NCBI RefSeq assembly: GCF_041146345.1
Contig: NW_027191407.1
Coordinates: 558,001-618,374 of the forward strand
Length of the DNA stretch: 60,374 nucleotides
Direction of reading: 5' to 3'
Origin: Neodothiora populina
Lineage: Eukaryota
Shown: positions 1-13,361 of the stretch, piece after piece
How positions within the stretch are numbered: position 1 is the stretch's first letter
Layout of the letters: every line of letters starts with the position of its first letter
Made by a program: the position numbers and the translations under genes
The notes under the pieces: model-generated
What the model saw: only the letters and a program-made list of their open reading frames with translations
What the model was told of the DNA's origin: nothing
Databases searched by the model: none

Positions 1-1
1 A

Positions 2-922
2 GTCAAGTCAAAGTATGCCTTTGCGACTTTCCTCGCAGGCCAAGCGGATGACGCAGACGATGGTGCCAGTGCCGAGAACGATCACTACTTTGTCGCCACA
101 CGCATCCTGGCCTATCAACTGCTTCACGCATCCGAGACTCGCTCGGTAGACGAATCGATCCCTTTCATTGTACTTGTCACGGACAAGGTCTCGGAAAACA
201 AGCGCGCTCGTCTGCGCAAAGACGGCGCAATTGTCGTGCCCGCCGAATACATCCGCGCAGACTGGGTCAAGACCGAGACGAGTACATGGCAAGATGTCAT
301 GACAAAATTACGCCTCTGGGAGCTCACGCAATTCGAGCGGATTTGCTTTCTGGATGGAGACACAATTCTGGTGGAGCCGCTTGATGGTGTTTTCCAGGAT
401 CCTGCCGTAACATCTCGCCCGACAGGAACTAAGAAGGACCGCATTTTTGAAGACGAAGCAGAAATGCCCGGCAACTACTCGTTCGCCGGCGTTCCTGAAA
501 TGAACCGCAAGCACCACTTCCCACCCACTGATGGGCAAGGCGACTTTCCTAACATCAACTACCTGAACGCCGGTTTCTTTGTCTTCGAGCCGTCGCTCTC
601 AATGCTGGACTACTACTTCTCGCTCATGGCAACCGTCGACAAATTCGACCCGCAATTTCCAGAGCAAAATCTGCTCAACTACGCCCACCGCAGGGACGGA
701 AACATGCCCTGGAAGCAATTGGGCAATACCTGGAACATCCATTACCCTACCGTGGATGACCTGCTACACGGAGTCAAGAGCCTGCATGATAAATGGTGGT
801 CTCCTGAGAACGAGGAGCTGAAACCATATACGGAAAGTTGGCGGTGGAGAATGGAAGGACATTACGAAGCTAGGGACGCTCAATTCAACGAGACTCAAGC
901 CAAAGGCAGGTGGCAGGATTGA
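2..922 (+). CDS. Glycosyltransferase family 8 (glycogenin/galactinol-synthase-like), 5' end outside the window
   Basis: The frame is open from base 2 (VKSKYAFATFL...YFVATRIL...PFIVLVT). It has the GT8 motifs TKLRLWELTQFERICFLDGD (DxD), YLNAGFFV, PEQNLLN and SLHDKWW. Confidence 0.85.
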   Translation, partial: VKSKYAFATFLAGQADDADDGASAENDHYFVATRILAYQLLHASETRSVDESIPFIVLVTDKVSENKRARLRKDGAIVVPAEYIRADWVKTETSTWQDVMTKLRLWELTQFERICFLDGDTILVEPLDGVFQDPAVTSRPTGTKKDRIFEDEAEMPGNYSFAGVPEMNRKHHFPPTDGQGDFPNINYLNAGFFVFEPSLSMLDYYFSLMATVDKFDPQFPEQNLLNYAHRRDGNMPWKQLGNTWNIHYPTVDDLLHGVKSLHDKWWSPENEELKPYTESWRWRMEGHYEARDAQFNETQAKGRWQD

Positions 923-1138
923 TCGACGGGACATGAATCTTCTAGGTATATGAGCCGCTGTTATTTGCATACGGCATTTTTGGCCCATGATGTTGGCTTG
1001 GCGTTTGGCGGAACACTTTTTTCTGGGACGAGAGATATCCCATGTCGAAAACTTTTACATTGCAACTTTTGGCGGATGAACATTGCTGCTAGTGGGTCAT
1101 GAACACGCATTTGAAGCGTCTTGGACGGGGCGTCCTAT

Positions 1139-1176
1139 TAATCTTATTCTTATTCTTATCCTTATCCTTATCCTTA
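1139..1176. repeat. Hexamer microsatellite (ATTCTT/ATCCTT)n
   Basis: Sequence reads atcttattcttattcttatccttatccttatcctta. Confidence 0.85.
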
Positions 1177-2986
1177 ACCCTTATTTGAATCACTATATAA
1201 TGCATGATCGGACCATGTTCAAATCACCTCATCACTTCCGCCCAACGACTTTGACAAATCAAAACGTAAAGCGCGGCCTGGCTTGCACGCGTTCCGACCC
1301 AGAACAGATCATAGAAGGTGCTATTGACGAAAACCTTGCACGGCAGGCGCGGCTGCAGATAACGATACAAGCAAAACGGAGACTTAAATCAACCTGATGC
1401 TTCAGCCAGGGTCGCCCTGCAAAACATAGTATGGAACCAGATGAAACCTAGCTTTATCACAGATCTCGTAGCCATCATGCATGCGCATCGATAGCACACG
1501 ATTAGGCACCTCCTACGCCATAGTTCCAAGTGTTGAGAACAACTCACCCGATTTTATGTGGTGTTTTCTGTGCTACTATAGGCAGCTGCAGGTTGACGCC
1601 TCATGTGGGATGCGAAACTCGTGCAACCAACTTAGTTTCGACTTCTCGACAGCCTGCTGCAACTTTTGCGCTGTTTCAGGAACATGCGGAATACAGATCA
1701 TAGCATCTGACACTATGTGACTCGATATGTGTACCTGGTCCAGTCGCACATGTGCATGCAGCTCAACTCTGCACTAACCCCGCAGTCATACACAAGTAGA
1801 TCCGCGGCGGCGGGGTCGCGTGAACACCCCAAAAGCCATACAGGTATGCCCTGAAGCAATGTGAAGGCTACAATGAAGGATCTGGGACATCTACAATCTA
1901 AGACTGCTTCCCAGTGAGGCTTGTCCTGGGGTAGTGCTATCTGCCCAGCCTGCAGTATCACAGGACCAAGAAAACGTGATTATCGCGTCGGTACGTACAA
2001 TCAGATATTGATCCGGCCGGAAATCGAATGATGGATATGCTGTTCTTCATCCTTCCAGACCAGACAAAGTCCGGTGGTAACTCATTGAGAGACTTCTGCA
2101 CTCACCTTCTACGATTCATGCACCTGATCCTCTGAAAGCATGCATTGTACATGCGATCTTAGGAGCATCCTTCGTGCGGTTGACCAGGATGTTTCACGGC
2201 AAGACAAGTCTACGGCAAAGGATCGCCAATAGTGCGTGCGCATTTCCTACTCGACGGCTGACGATCTGAAGCAAGTACTGTATATGTGCGCCAGAAAGTG
2301 CGCAATAAGATACCGTGTATGACACTTGACAACCACCTCAACCAAAAGAAGAAGTTAATGTGACTCTTATCATCGTTGAGATTGCTAGGGATTGCACGAA
2401 CGATGTTTCGAATACCTTGCCTTTGGCTTGATCTCAAGCTTTCCAAGAACGCTTGTTCAATTGACTACTAGCCAATCCAGCCTGACAAAATCCATATGGT
2501 TCATCAGGGATACAGATCGACCTCAAGGTTCTCGCACATCCCCACAACCTCCGAAGTCCCAGATACTGTTTACAGTATATTAGTTTTAAGCCTGAACGAA
2601 TCAAATGGCAGGATCAACCCGAGCATGGCGGACAGAGTTGCAACCAGGGACTATCAATAACACAGGTACATAATTATACAGTACTTTGAACCCCAGTACC
2701 ATACTCAAAGCTTGTCTATACCCAAGTCGGATACATCGGGCAGCTAGAACGCGAGGTTGGACTTTGCATATTGCCTACTTGTCGAGTCTGATAAGCTACC
2801 TTGTACGATGGGGTCCTGTAGGAACAACCGGTTGGTGGCGAGGTTGGTGTTCCGGTCATGCGTGATTGATCGACGAGGAAGTCAGGAATCATTTGATTAA
2901 CGCTGCACAAGTGATAAGTAGCCACGACCCATCGGCCTCTAACATCCTGTTTCCTCCAAGTTCAATAGACACATCCAACAGCTGAA

Positions 2987-4634
2987 ATGGCGGCCCACTT
3001 CAAAATCGATCCGATTCTCTCCATCGAGGTCGCTGTTGTATTTGCAATTGGTTTCTGGCTCTTGCAGGTTGGTGCTTCCACGTTTACTATGAATTGCTTA
3101 GCTGATATCCTGCTAGACCGTCCTTGTTGGCTTCTCGACGCCTCTGAAAACTGTTCCGGGACCTTTGATCAGTCGATTCACCAATCTTCGTCTCAAGAAA
3201 GCTGTGACAAGTGGTCGGAGGATCTTCTATATCGATAACTTGCACGAGAAATACGGTCCTATTGTCAGAATATCCCCTACTGAAGTCGCTGTGTCCGATG
3301 TTGCAGCGTTCAAACAGATCCACGGTGTTACTGGAAAGTACCAAAAAGACATCTGGTACCAGAAGTTGACGAATTTTCCGAGACTCAGCGTGTTCACTAT
3401 GCGTGACCTTAAGGAGCATGGTCAGAGACGAAGACTCTTTGCGCGCGGGTTCAGCAAGACCTACCTTCGTGAGCACTGGGAGCCCACTGTGCGGGAGAAG
3501 GCAGAGCTTGCTGTTCAAAAGATCAAAGCAAGTTCGATCATAGGTACTACTGATCTGATGAAGTGGTGGACCTTCATGGCTACAGACATTGTAGGAATAC
3601 TTGGCTTTGGCGAATCGTTTGGCATGCTCGAGCTTGGCCAGGTAAGACGCACTCAGAGTCTGACCCATCTATCCCAACTGACAACAAGGTGCAAAGAGGA
3701 CAGAGTATATTCGTGTGCTCGAGGCTGCACTGATCGGAAACGGCATTGGCGCAGAGATGCCATGGCTCCGTGCCATATGCGCCCGACTTCCACTGAAACC
3801 ACTCAAGGAGGCCTTCAACTCAAGCGCGTACATCCTCAGCTACGGAACGAGGGCTGTCGAGAACGCACGTAAAGGCGGCAGTGACTCGAACTTGATGGCA
3901 ACCATCATGGCAGAAGCCGAAAAGGATGGAGCTCATGTTGACGACATGGATGTTCGCACTGAATCAACCAGTCTCATCTTTGCCGGTTCTGGAACTACAG
4001 CCAACACCATGACGTTCCTCTCCTACGCTGTCCTGTCTCGCCCTCATCTACGAAAGGCGTTGGAAGAAGAGGTCGGCAGGCTCGATCCTGGCTTCACCGA
4101 TACTGATCTAGAGACACTGCCACTTCTTAACGCTATCATCAACGAGACACTTCGCCTCTACTGCGCTGTCCCCGGCAGTCTACCCCGTGTGGTCCCTCAA
4201 GGCGGTGCGACGCTTGGGGGACATTTCATTCCCGAAGGTACAACCGTAAGCACACAAGCATACACTCTGCACCGCGACGAAGAGGCCTGGCCGAATGCTA
4301 GAGAGTAAGTAAATACTCAGCCTGATATCGATTGCGAGACATAACATGCTCACGCGTCTCACTTAGGTTTGATCCAAGCAGGTGGATGGATGAGAGAGAA
4401 CTAAGTCCCGCGGCCAAGACCACGTTCTGTGCCTTTGGTGCTGGCGCAACCTCTTGTCTTGGTATCAACTTGGCTTGGATGGAGCTGAGGTACGCCACTA
4501 CTTTGCTGTTCCGCGAGTGTAAGGGGCTTGAGCTCGCTGCCTCCACCACTCCTGAAAGTATGGAGTTGGAGAACTATTTTGTCATCGTGCCCAAGGCTCA
4601 CAGGATGGAGGTCACCATGAAGCAGGGAGCATGA
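2987..4634 (+). CDS. Cytochrome P450, 4 exons (2987-3067, 3117-3641, 3697-4304, 4367-4634)
   Basis: N-terminal membrane anchor, then VPGP, LHEKYGPIVRISP, I-helix AGSGTT, ExxR (ETLR), FDPSRW and heme motif FGAGATSCLG. Three GT..AG introns join the ORF pieces in frame. Confidence 0.93.
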
Positions 4635-6635
4635 GACTTGTAGCCCAGGCTCTGATTCTCACACCGCACTCAGTATAATCGCTCCAGAGACAGTAATGCA
4701 GCCGTTCCGATTTCATCTTCTTGCTACACACTTTCATGAAGTGCAAAACGTAGGCATGAACAGGAGAGAGTCGTATTCTGAGACTGAGAGTAAGACCCAA
4801 GCAAGCGGCTTGGCTTGACATGAGCAAGAGTATTTGTACTCGCAGCAGCCTAGTCGCTGCAGCCATGTTTTATACCCCCTCCAAGGCTTTTGAGTAGGCA
4901 ATGTCAAGACCGCTACGTTCTTCAAGAGTGTAAATACTCGCTACCAAGCAATCGACATGCTACAGCCTCGGACAAAACGTTCGGTAGGGGGCGAATCCTT
5001 ACAAGCAGCCAAGAGACCCAAGGCGGAGAATTGATTCGGTACAATAGCTACCAGGTTCCTGGGTCGTCTCAAATGTGCGCAATGCAGCGAGCTCTACGGT
5101 ACATTGTTTATCTGAGTAGGAGGGGGCCGCAAGCACATCACCTCATGGCGCCTAGAGGTAAATCATGACGCGTTCACCTAGGGGATCTTTCGTAGCCCAG
5201 TATTGGACACGGAAGGGTGTGAAAGCGACTCGGAGGAGGTGGCATGGCTTGCCGTGATGGAGAAACATAAAAATAGATGCATGACGCAGCCGGCGGATGA
5301 CAACCGAGAAACCTTTTCTACCTCCAGCGGCGGACTTGTACGGTACAAGTGAGGTCAGGTAAGGCACTTCTAGTTGCAGACGCAGTGGGCTGTCTGAAGC
5401 CAAGCGATAGATTTAGAGATTTAGAGGTCCGAGCGGCTTTCGTCTTCTGAGGCATGGACTGATTCTCCTCGGTAACAGCGACACTGCTACTACCCAAGAC
5501 TTGTTCAGGATCTTTAAGACTCCCGAAATACCTCTTTCACGAGACGTTGCATCTGCTAAAGACAATTTCCCTGTACCAAGACCGTATAGACCGTGTTGGG
5601 TGTCGTGGATGACCATGAGGAATATTCATCATGTCGCAGGTGGACGCGCAGCCAATGGTCTCTAACAGCAACCGAAACGTCGTGTGGCTGGGGCTCTGCC
5701 GCCAAAGATGGCAGGCGGCAGCCGCTGTCAGTTAGTTTTGCCGGGGTGATGAGAGCGCTCCAGCCCAGCAGTATTGTTCACCCAGCCACGAAACGGGATC
5801 CCCCTACGCCTGTCGTCCACTAGCAGCAAACGAACATTCCATAGGCGTTGTCATGGTGAGAGATGGTTTAGCCGCCCCCTCTCACTGTCCCCAATCACTG
5901 TCGCACATCCGCATCTCTGCGTCAAATTGTGATAGACCATTCGAGACGGGAATGGTTTTATTGGCACTTGAGCAGATCATGTCTTCCCACTTGTTTTACA
6001 TATTTGCGCCCAGGACCTCGAAAGTTGAGATTTTACATTGAGACAGGAGAGGTTCGAGGGGATCTGCAGGCACATGAGCACAGCCGGGGAAACGTTGTGG
6101 CGGCGTTTCCTGCTGCTGGGGACACAGCAAAACGGCGCTAATGGTCGCTATCAGAAATGTTGATGGCAGGCAAGTGAAGTCGTGATAGACATACGAAGGG
6201 TGTTTTCTTAGCTACACGATCCACTTATTGGCACGTCCTTGCGAAAGCATGGCAATGTAAAGCCGTTAGTGAGATAGAGACAGTGAACGGCATCCCGGCA
6301 TCCTAGCATCTGGGTAGATAACTCCGGTCGTATGCGATGCCCATTAATAGGCCTCTTCCCACATGTAGGCCATGTTCTGTCTCTCACTCCTCATACCTCT
6401 ATCCTCCTCACTCTCACCTTACACCCCTACTCTTACCTACTCTTGTCATTATCGCTCTGATTGTCCTGCTTTTTTGAGAATCGTTTCCACATTTGCACTC
6501 AACTTATCCCGTGTATACATCGCGTCGTTTAACACTTACACTTAGCATCATATACAGGCAGTGCCTGCTTTGATCTTTGAACGAAACACAAAAACAAAAG
6601 AAAAACAAACACAACTCCTCAGACCCGCTCGAACC

Positions 6636-7922
6636 ATGCAATTCACTAAACGCTCTCTCGTGGCAGCGCTCGTGGTCGTGCCCACGACTCTTGCGCAGAC
6701 CTTCACGGACTGCAATCCCTTGGAGAAGACTTGTCCAAACAACCCTGGGTACTCGGGTTCCACCTTCTCCACCGACTTCACCAAAGGGAACCCGGCCAAG
6801 TGGTCCGCTGCTGCTGGTACTACCATCACTTATGGTAGCAATGGAGCAGAGTTCACGATTGCGCAAGCCGGGCAAGCACCCACGATCGAGACCGATTTTT
6901 ACATCTTCTTCGGCAAGATTGACGTTGTGATGCAAGCCGCACCTGGAACCGGCATCGTCAGCAGTATCGTGTTAGAGTCCGACGACTTGGACGAGATCGA
7001 CTGGGAGTTCTTGGGTGGTGACACCACCCAGGTCGAGTCAAACTATTTCGGCAAGGGCGACACTACCACATACGATCGCGCCATTTATCATTCCGTCTCT
7101 ACTCCACAGACGACCTTCCACACGTATACCATCGATTGGACATCTTCCTACATCAAGTTCGAGATCGATGGTACCGTGATTCGTCAACTCAACTACGCCG
7201 ATGCCAACGGAGGCAGCAGATTCCCCCAGACTCCCATGAAGCTCAAGCTCGGCAGCTGGGCAGGTGGTGCTCCAGGCAATGCCCCAGGCACCATTGAGTG
7301 GGCCGGTGGAGCCACGGACTTCTCTCAGGCACCATTCAAGATGTATGTCAAGTCCATCAACGTGGCAAACAGCAACCCCGCTGGCGAATATGAGTGGACC
7401 GATCACACCGGCAGCTACCAGAGCATCAAGCTGATCAAGGGCGATGGATCCAGCGCGAGCGCTGGTAGCTCGTCTGGATCTCCGTATGTCTCTCCTGTCT
7501 CCAAGGTTGCTGCATCCAGTGGAAGCAGCAGCAGCAGCGCGAAGATTGTCGCATCATCATCCAGCGTACCTTCTGTCAAGGCTGCACTTCAGGCGGGCGC
7601 TGCCACATCCTCGGTCTCGAGTCACCTTACAGCCTCGAGCTCCGTGGTGTTGTCGACTAGCCACGTCCAGAAGCAGGTGACTGCTTCTTCCACGGCGGAG
7701 AGCTCCACACTGTCTCAGGTAGCCGCTGCCGCTGTTGCTTCTTCGTCAAGCACTCGCTCTGGTAGCAGTGCTAGCAGCAACAGCAGCTCGTCAAAGAGCG
7801 CTGCCAACGCCACAGCCTCGAGCACCATGAGGCAACAGTCCGCCAACGCTGCTTCGAAGCAGGGAGTGGCAACTACCCTCACCGCTCTTGCCGGTGTTGC
7901 ACTTGCGCTAGTTTGCATGTAG
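6636..7922 (+). CDS. GH16 Crh-family cell-wall chitin/glucan transglycosylase, predicted GPI-anchored
   Basis: Signal peptide MQFTKRSL..., QTFTDCNPL, catalytic DLDEIDWE, NYFGKG and PQTPM..LGSWAGG. A Ser/Ala-rich stalk and hydrophobic C-terminus follow. Confidence 0.92.
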   Translation: MQFTKRSLVAALVVVPTTLAQTFTDCNPLEKTCPNNPGYSGSTFSTDFTKGNPAKWSAAAGTTITYGSNGAEFTIAQAGQAPTIETDFYIFFGKIDVVMQAAPGTGIVSSIVLESDDLDEIDWEFLGGDTTQVESNYFGKGDTTTYDRAIYHSVSTPQTTFHTYTIDWTSSYIKFEIDGTVIRQLNYADANGGSRFPQTPMKLKLGSWAGGAPGNAPGTIEWAGGATDFSQAPFKMYVKSINVANSNPAGEYEWTDHTGSYQSIKLIKGDGSSASAGSSSGSPYVSPVSKVAASSGSSSSSAKIVASSSSVPSVKAALQAGAATSSVSSHLTASSSVVLSTSHVQKQVTASSTAESSTLSQVAAAAVASSSSTRSGSSASSNSSSSKSAANATASSTMRQQSANAASKQGVATTLTALAGVALALVCM

Positions 7923-9130
7923 AAGACGTGCCGAAGTATTCGACCTTCGAGGGTCGATCATGTATGCATGGGAGGAAGAAACAAAACAAAGCATAGCGAA
8001 TGGAGTTTATGATTTTCTGATTTTCCTAGCATTTTTTTCTCCTCGCCATCTCACGCTGAGTGAGGATAGGCGATGGACGGTATTCACGGAAGGATAAGGC
8101 AGGTACTTTTTCTTTGGACGTAGGAATGGATGTGGACGCATGGGCGTACAAGTAGAAACAGCACTTCCATAGACAAACAAACAAATCAACTATAATCATA
8201 TAAACAAAGATGATCTTCATTGCATATCTGAGTGCAAACTGGTTCTCATCGCGGTGAAAACCATGTCGAGGAGCTACACGTATGGAACGAGACTCATGAC
8301 CTGCGTTGAGCATTGTACAAGTCCTTATCGATAACCATAATGACCTATACAAGCGCCTGCAGTCATAGCTCTTTAGACGATAGTGGGATAACCTGACACC
8401 GGAAGATGTTGTAGAAGCTCTGATTTGGTGCAACAGACTTGACTGTGGTCCATGCTGCACGACTCCTCATCAAGATCGTCTGTGTGTTCTGCGGGCGTGA
8501 TATGCAATGACAGCTGGACCTCCGCAGATGAAGGAGCTTGGGTGTTGCTGCTTCAATCGTGCTTGTAAACGTAGACTCGAACCATACTGTACCTTCCCTG
8601 CGTCCACCGAATATGGAACACGTCCATACCTATCTAGAAACCCCTTTCTGAGGCAATTTTGAGTAGTAACATACCTGTTCGCTACATAGTTGCAGGACTA
8701 TTCACATATCGAGATTTTATTTGCTAGTGCATGACGAGTTTCGCATTGAGAAGTTCCCCACGTTGATCGAATTCTTCCGTGGTCCTTGTGATCTGAGCTT
8801 CCCTGACTCGATCACATCGTCAATTTCATCATTGTCCAGTGGAGTTCATCTTCCAATTACTTTGTCTTCGTTGATATTAGAGCTACCTTTCTTCCACTTT
8901 AACAAAACATATCAAAGGATCAGATTGGAAAGGGCATTGCACCTTTCATTTTAGCTTATCTCATGCTCATGGTGCAAGGTTGAAGCATTGTGTAGCATAA
9001 TTCATTTTTGAGCATCTGCAAAAGACCGCGGAGAGCAAGGATAGCTTAAGAGAGGTGTTATTTGGCCCCCACTGCAGGAGCTGCACGAAGCACCAGAGCA
9101 CTTTCTAGCAATAGCAAGGTGCATACCAAT

Positions 9131-12100
9131 ATGTCGGCACTGCGTCACACACAGTCACTCCATCATCTCGACGCCGATTCTGATGATGAGAGCGATTACG
9201 GAGCAGTGGCGTCCAGCTCGGACGGAGAGGGGCACCAAGATCTAAGCACATCACAGCTTGCCGCTATGGCTCTTGCAGACTCAATGGACGAAGGTGGTCA
9301 CAAGATGCGCAGTGGTGAGCAAAATGGACAAGAGGCAGACTTAACGGAAAGTCAGGTCTTGCGTGAGAGAGAAGAGGCGCCGATGATGCTGGAAAGAGAC
9401 AGACAACGAAAGACTACGATATTCAGCGCTGCAGTCGAGAAGGCTATGAGCCATTCCGAGGCAAAACAATTCTATCAACGAGTCAAAGCAGAGGGGTTGG
9501 GCAATACTCCAGGTATGGGCGCAGCAGTGCCAGGAGTTGGTCTGGGTGGCAGCGATGGCACCAGTCCGGTGATGCGCGCTCGAACATACAGCAGCCACGT
9601 CGGAGGTGATGCCAATGGATTCACTGGAGTCAGCAAACTGCGAGGTCGACAGCAGAGCAATCTCAGCTTGGCTGCGTCCGGAGCTGCCGCCGCTGCTGCC
9701 GCGTCGTCTTCAACTTCACCAGTCCTGGCGTATAGCACTTCACCGGATGCCGGGAAGAATGGTGCTGCTGCCACCTACGAGTCGGCACTTCCCATAGATC
9801 ACAACCAGCACCTTCCTTCCACAGACGTCGATAGTCAGACGCCAGGCCTTGGCAGTCAAGGTGCTCCTTCCCAAGAACAGCAACAGAGCCACCAACAACA
9901 CCACCATCATCATGATAATGATCAGCACAAGGCACACACGCACATTGCCCCTGGCAATCCATATGTAGAAGTCGATCACGCAGCCAGAGATCACTCTCTC
10001 CACCCAGCTCTGCCACATGAGCCCAAGCCTTTTTTGGAGCAACAAGGACTGCATGGTGCTGGTGCCGGTGTTGGACTCGGTCAAGGAGCCAATGGATTTG
10101 CCGTTGATGATACCAAGGTTTCGGCCGAATTGACTGCTATCTACAGCAACATTCAGAAAATCCTTGATCTTCGGCACAAATACATTCGTCTCTCATTGCA
10201 ATCTTCTTCCGACAACCCGAAAGACGACCCCGCTTGGCCAATCTATCCTCCACACCCTCAGCCTGCTAGAGACGACTACGATGCCCAATACATGGCGGAT
10301 CTCGCTGGTTCCGGCAACGCTATGACAGACAGTCAGGACCTCACGCAACCCAGACCATCGTCTTCTTTCCCCTCCCCATTAGCCGACCCTGCCAGCAAAA
10401 AGGATCGCAAGTCCCGCAAGCTTGGTACGAACATCGGAGAAGACTTCCACATTGAAGATCTTCTGCCTGTACCGGGTCCAAGTGAGATGACTTTCCACCA
10501 GGATGCCGCCGGTGTCTATCAGGTCTACGAGAATGCCACCGCTCAGCAGGCTGACACCCCCATAGTCCACGTGCCCACTCTTCGAGAATACTATATGGAT
10601 CTCGATGCCATCTTGAACGTCTCGTCCGATGGTCCGAGTAAATCGTTTGCCTATCGCCGTCTTCAGTACCTTGAGGGTAAAATGAACCTCTACATCCTCC
10701 TTAACGAATACCAAGAAATTGCCGACACGAAGGCTGTTCCTCACCGTGACTTTTATAACGTACGAAAAGTCGATACTCATGTTCATCACTCGGCATGCAT
10801 GAACCAGAAGCATCTTCTGCGCTTCATCAAGAGCAAGATGAAGAAGAACCCCGATGAGGTTGTTTTGTTCAGAGATGGCAAGCATCTGACCCTGCGAGAG
10901 GTCTTTGAGAGTATCAACCTCACAGCTTATGACTTGAGTATCGACACATTGGATATGCATGCCCACACCGACTCGTTCCATCGTTTTGACAAGTTCAACC
11001 TCAAGTACAACCCTGTGGGCGAGTCAAGACTGAGAACCATCTTCCTCAAGACCGACAATTTCATCCACGGCCGCTACCTCGCCGAGATCACCAAAGAAGT
11101 CATCTCCGATCTGGAATCTAGCAAGTACCAGATGGTCGAGTGGCGCATCTCCATCTACGGGCGAGACTTGGAAGAGTGGGACAAACTGGCTGCTTGGGTT
11201 GTGGACAACAAGCTGTACTCACCCAACGTTCGTTGGCTGATCCAGATTCCCCGACTCTACGACGTATACAAGAACTCTAAGCTTATGAACAATTACGAAG
11301 AGGTGATCCGGAACATTTGGCAGCCTCTGTTCGAGGTCACACAAAACCCTCAGTCACACCCGAAGCTGCACATTTTCCTGCAGCGCGTCATCGGGTTTGA
11401 TTCTGTTGATGATGAATCAAAGACTGAGCGAAGAGTCTATCGCAAATTTCCCTTGCCGAAGGATTGGGACACTCAGCAGAACCCGCCTTACAGCTATTGG
11501 GTCTACTATCTCTTTGCCAACATGACAAGTCTCAACGTATGGCGCAAGCAGCGTGGCTTCAACACGTTCCATCTCCGACCTCACTGTGGCGAGGCTGGAG
11601 ATACCGATCACTTGGCTGCCGCTGCTTTGTGCTGCCACAGCATCTCGCACGGTCTGCTCTTGAGGAAGGTACCACTTTTGCAGTACATCTTCTACCTTGA
11701 GCAGATTGGTGTTGCCATGTCTCCGCTCTCCAACAATGCTTTATTCCTGGCTTACGAGAGAAACCCTTTTCTATTGTACTTCCGACGTGGTTTGAACGTC
11801 AGTCTTTCCACTGATGACCCTCTACAGTTTGCCTACACCAAGGAGCCTCTGATCGAGGAATACGCTGTGGCTGCGCAGATCTACAAATTGTCTGCAGTCG
11901 ACATGTGCGAATTGGCCAAAAATTCTGTCAAGCAATCCGGTTTCGAGCATCAAGTAAAGCAGAAGTGGTTAGGACACAACTATCACTTGCCAGGTGTCGC
12001 AGGTAACGACATGGCCAAGGTAAATGTACCAAACATTCGTGAAGCTTTCAGACATGAGACATGGTTACAGGAACTCGCTATGTATGTTGACTTCCTCCCT

Positions 12101-12922
12101 GCCGTTGCCACTTCCTCTCCTCCTCAATGAGTGCCGGAGTCTAAACATTAGCACAGGATTGATCGCTACACTCGTGTAACGTCTCCGTCACGCGCAGTGT
12201 CTACCTACAACCTTCCACCATCGAATCTGCCTATATCCAACCCGAACATACGGATCGACCAGCTTCAACCACCTCATTCCCCAACGTCCATGAAGACTCA
12301 CCCTTCGGCCAACAACGCGCTTCATCAGAATACACATGACCTCCACCAATCGCAAACCGTATCAGCGAGATCACAAGAGCCCTATACGGCAAGACATCCT
12401 CACAGCTCAACAACCGGCGATGCATTCGTACTGGGTTCTCCACAGAGGAAGGCTGGCCGTTCCACTAGCATGGGTGTACCTTTTTCAGGTCCTGCCTACC
12501 TCGACCACAATGCTCTACACAGCAGCACATCTTCGGCGGTGCATGATTCATCTCATGGTCATGGTCTAGGGGGTCTTGGCATCAGCCCTGCTCCAACGTC
12601 CGTACCGCCTGATCTTGGCTCCATGCAGCAGCCTCCTGTTCCTGTTTCATCGATTGATATGTCTGAGCCAAAGTTGTTTCCTGGAATCTTTAGCAAAAGC
12701 AGGCAGGGCAGTTTCAGTTCCGCGAGCCCATTCGCCAGGCTGAATAACCAGGATAGTCCTAGTAGCAGACGTGTTTCCTTTGATCACCTGGACGGGGAGG
12801 ATAGAGTTCACGAAAACCTATCAGCCTCCCTGGCTAGCACGAGTCGTTTGAGCGAAGCAGCTGCGAGTACTGCGATCACAGAGGAATCTGAGAATGATAA
12901 TGCAAGCGAAGAAGAAGCTTGA
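9131..12922 (+). CDS. AMD1: AMP deaminase, 2 exons (intron 12082-12156)
   Basis: Motifs DFYNVRKVDTHVHHS, FDSVDDESK, LRPHCGEAG and SLSTDDPLQF. The intron gtatgt...ctaaac..cag joins the main ORF in frame to ORF 12197-12922. Confidence 0.96.
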
Positions 12923-13361
12923 CCTGATCATCAGAATGAATGCACGACGGCGAACATGGACACAATTCACGCTTACCCGATATGATGTATGGACGGGATC
13001 CCAGTGCCTGAATAATTAGACATATTGCTAGACCTGTAAAGATAGAAATAGAAAATTGTTTTTCAGATGAGACTTGAAACACGAGGTTATGTGGTATGAC
13101 TGATGGAGAAAGTGGCGGTCTCGGCTTCCAAGTTTGTATTACATATCCGATACAGGGTGGATGACGGAGAACGAATCACGGAAGGGTATAAACCCAGGGT
13201 CCTCTGCGCGCCATCGGCGACTTGGCCTATCGCCACCCCGCGTTGCGCATTCCTGAGCAATTGCGAACGAACAAGTCTTTCTCTCCATACACAAACCGTG
13301 TTAGTTTTAGCATCTTCGGAAGTCCGCCGCCGCCGCCGTGACCGGACAGCATGAAGCAGAA

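Noticed and set aside
1083..1397. 104-aa ORF with an ILILILIL 'TM helix'
   Set aside because: The hydrophobic run is just the translated hexamer microsatellite, and the ORF has a non-ATG start.
9062..9130. N-terminal extension of AMP deaminase (likewise 6561, 13338, 37902 and 41336 for other genes)
   Set aside because: These are TTG/GTG starts from a prokaryote-style ORF caller. The first in-frame ATG is the likely start.
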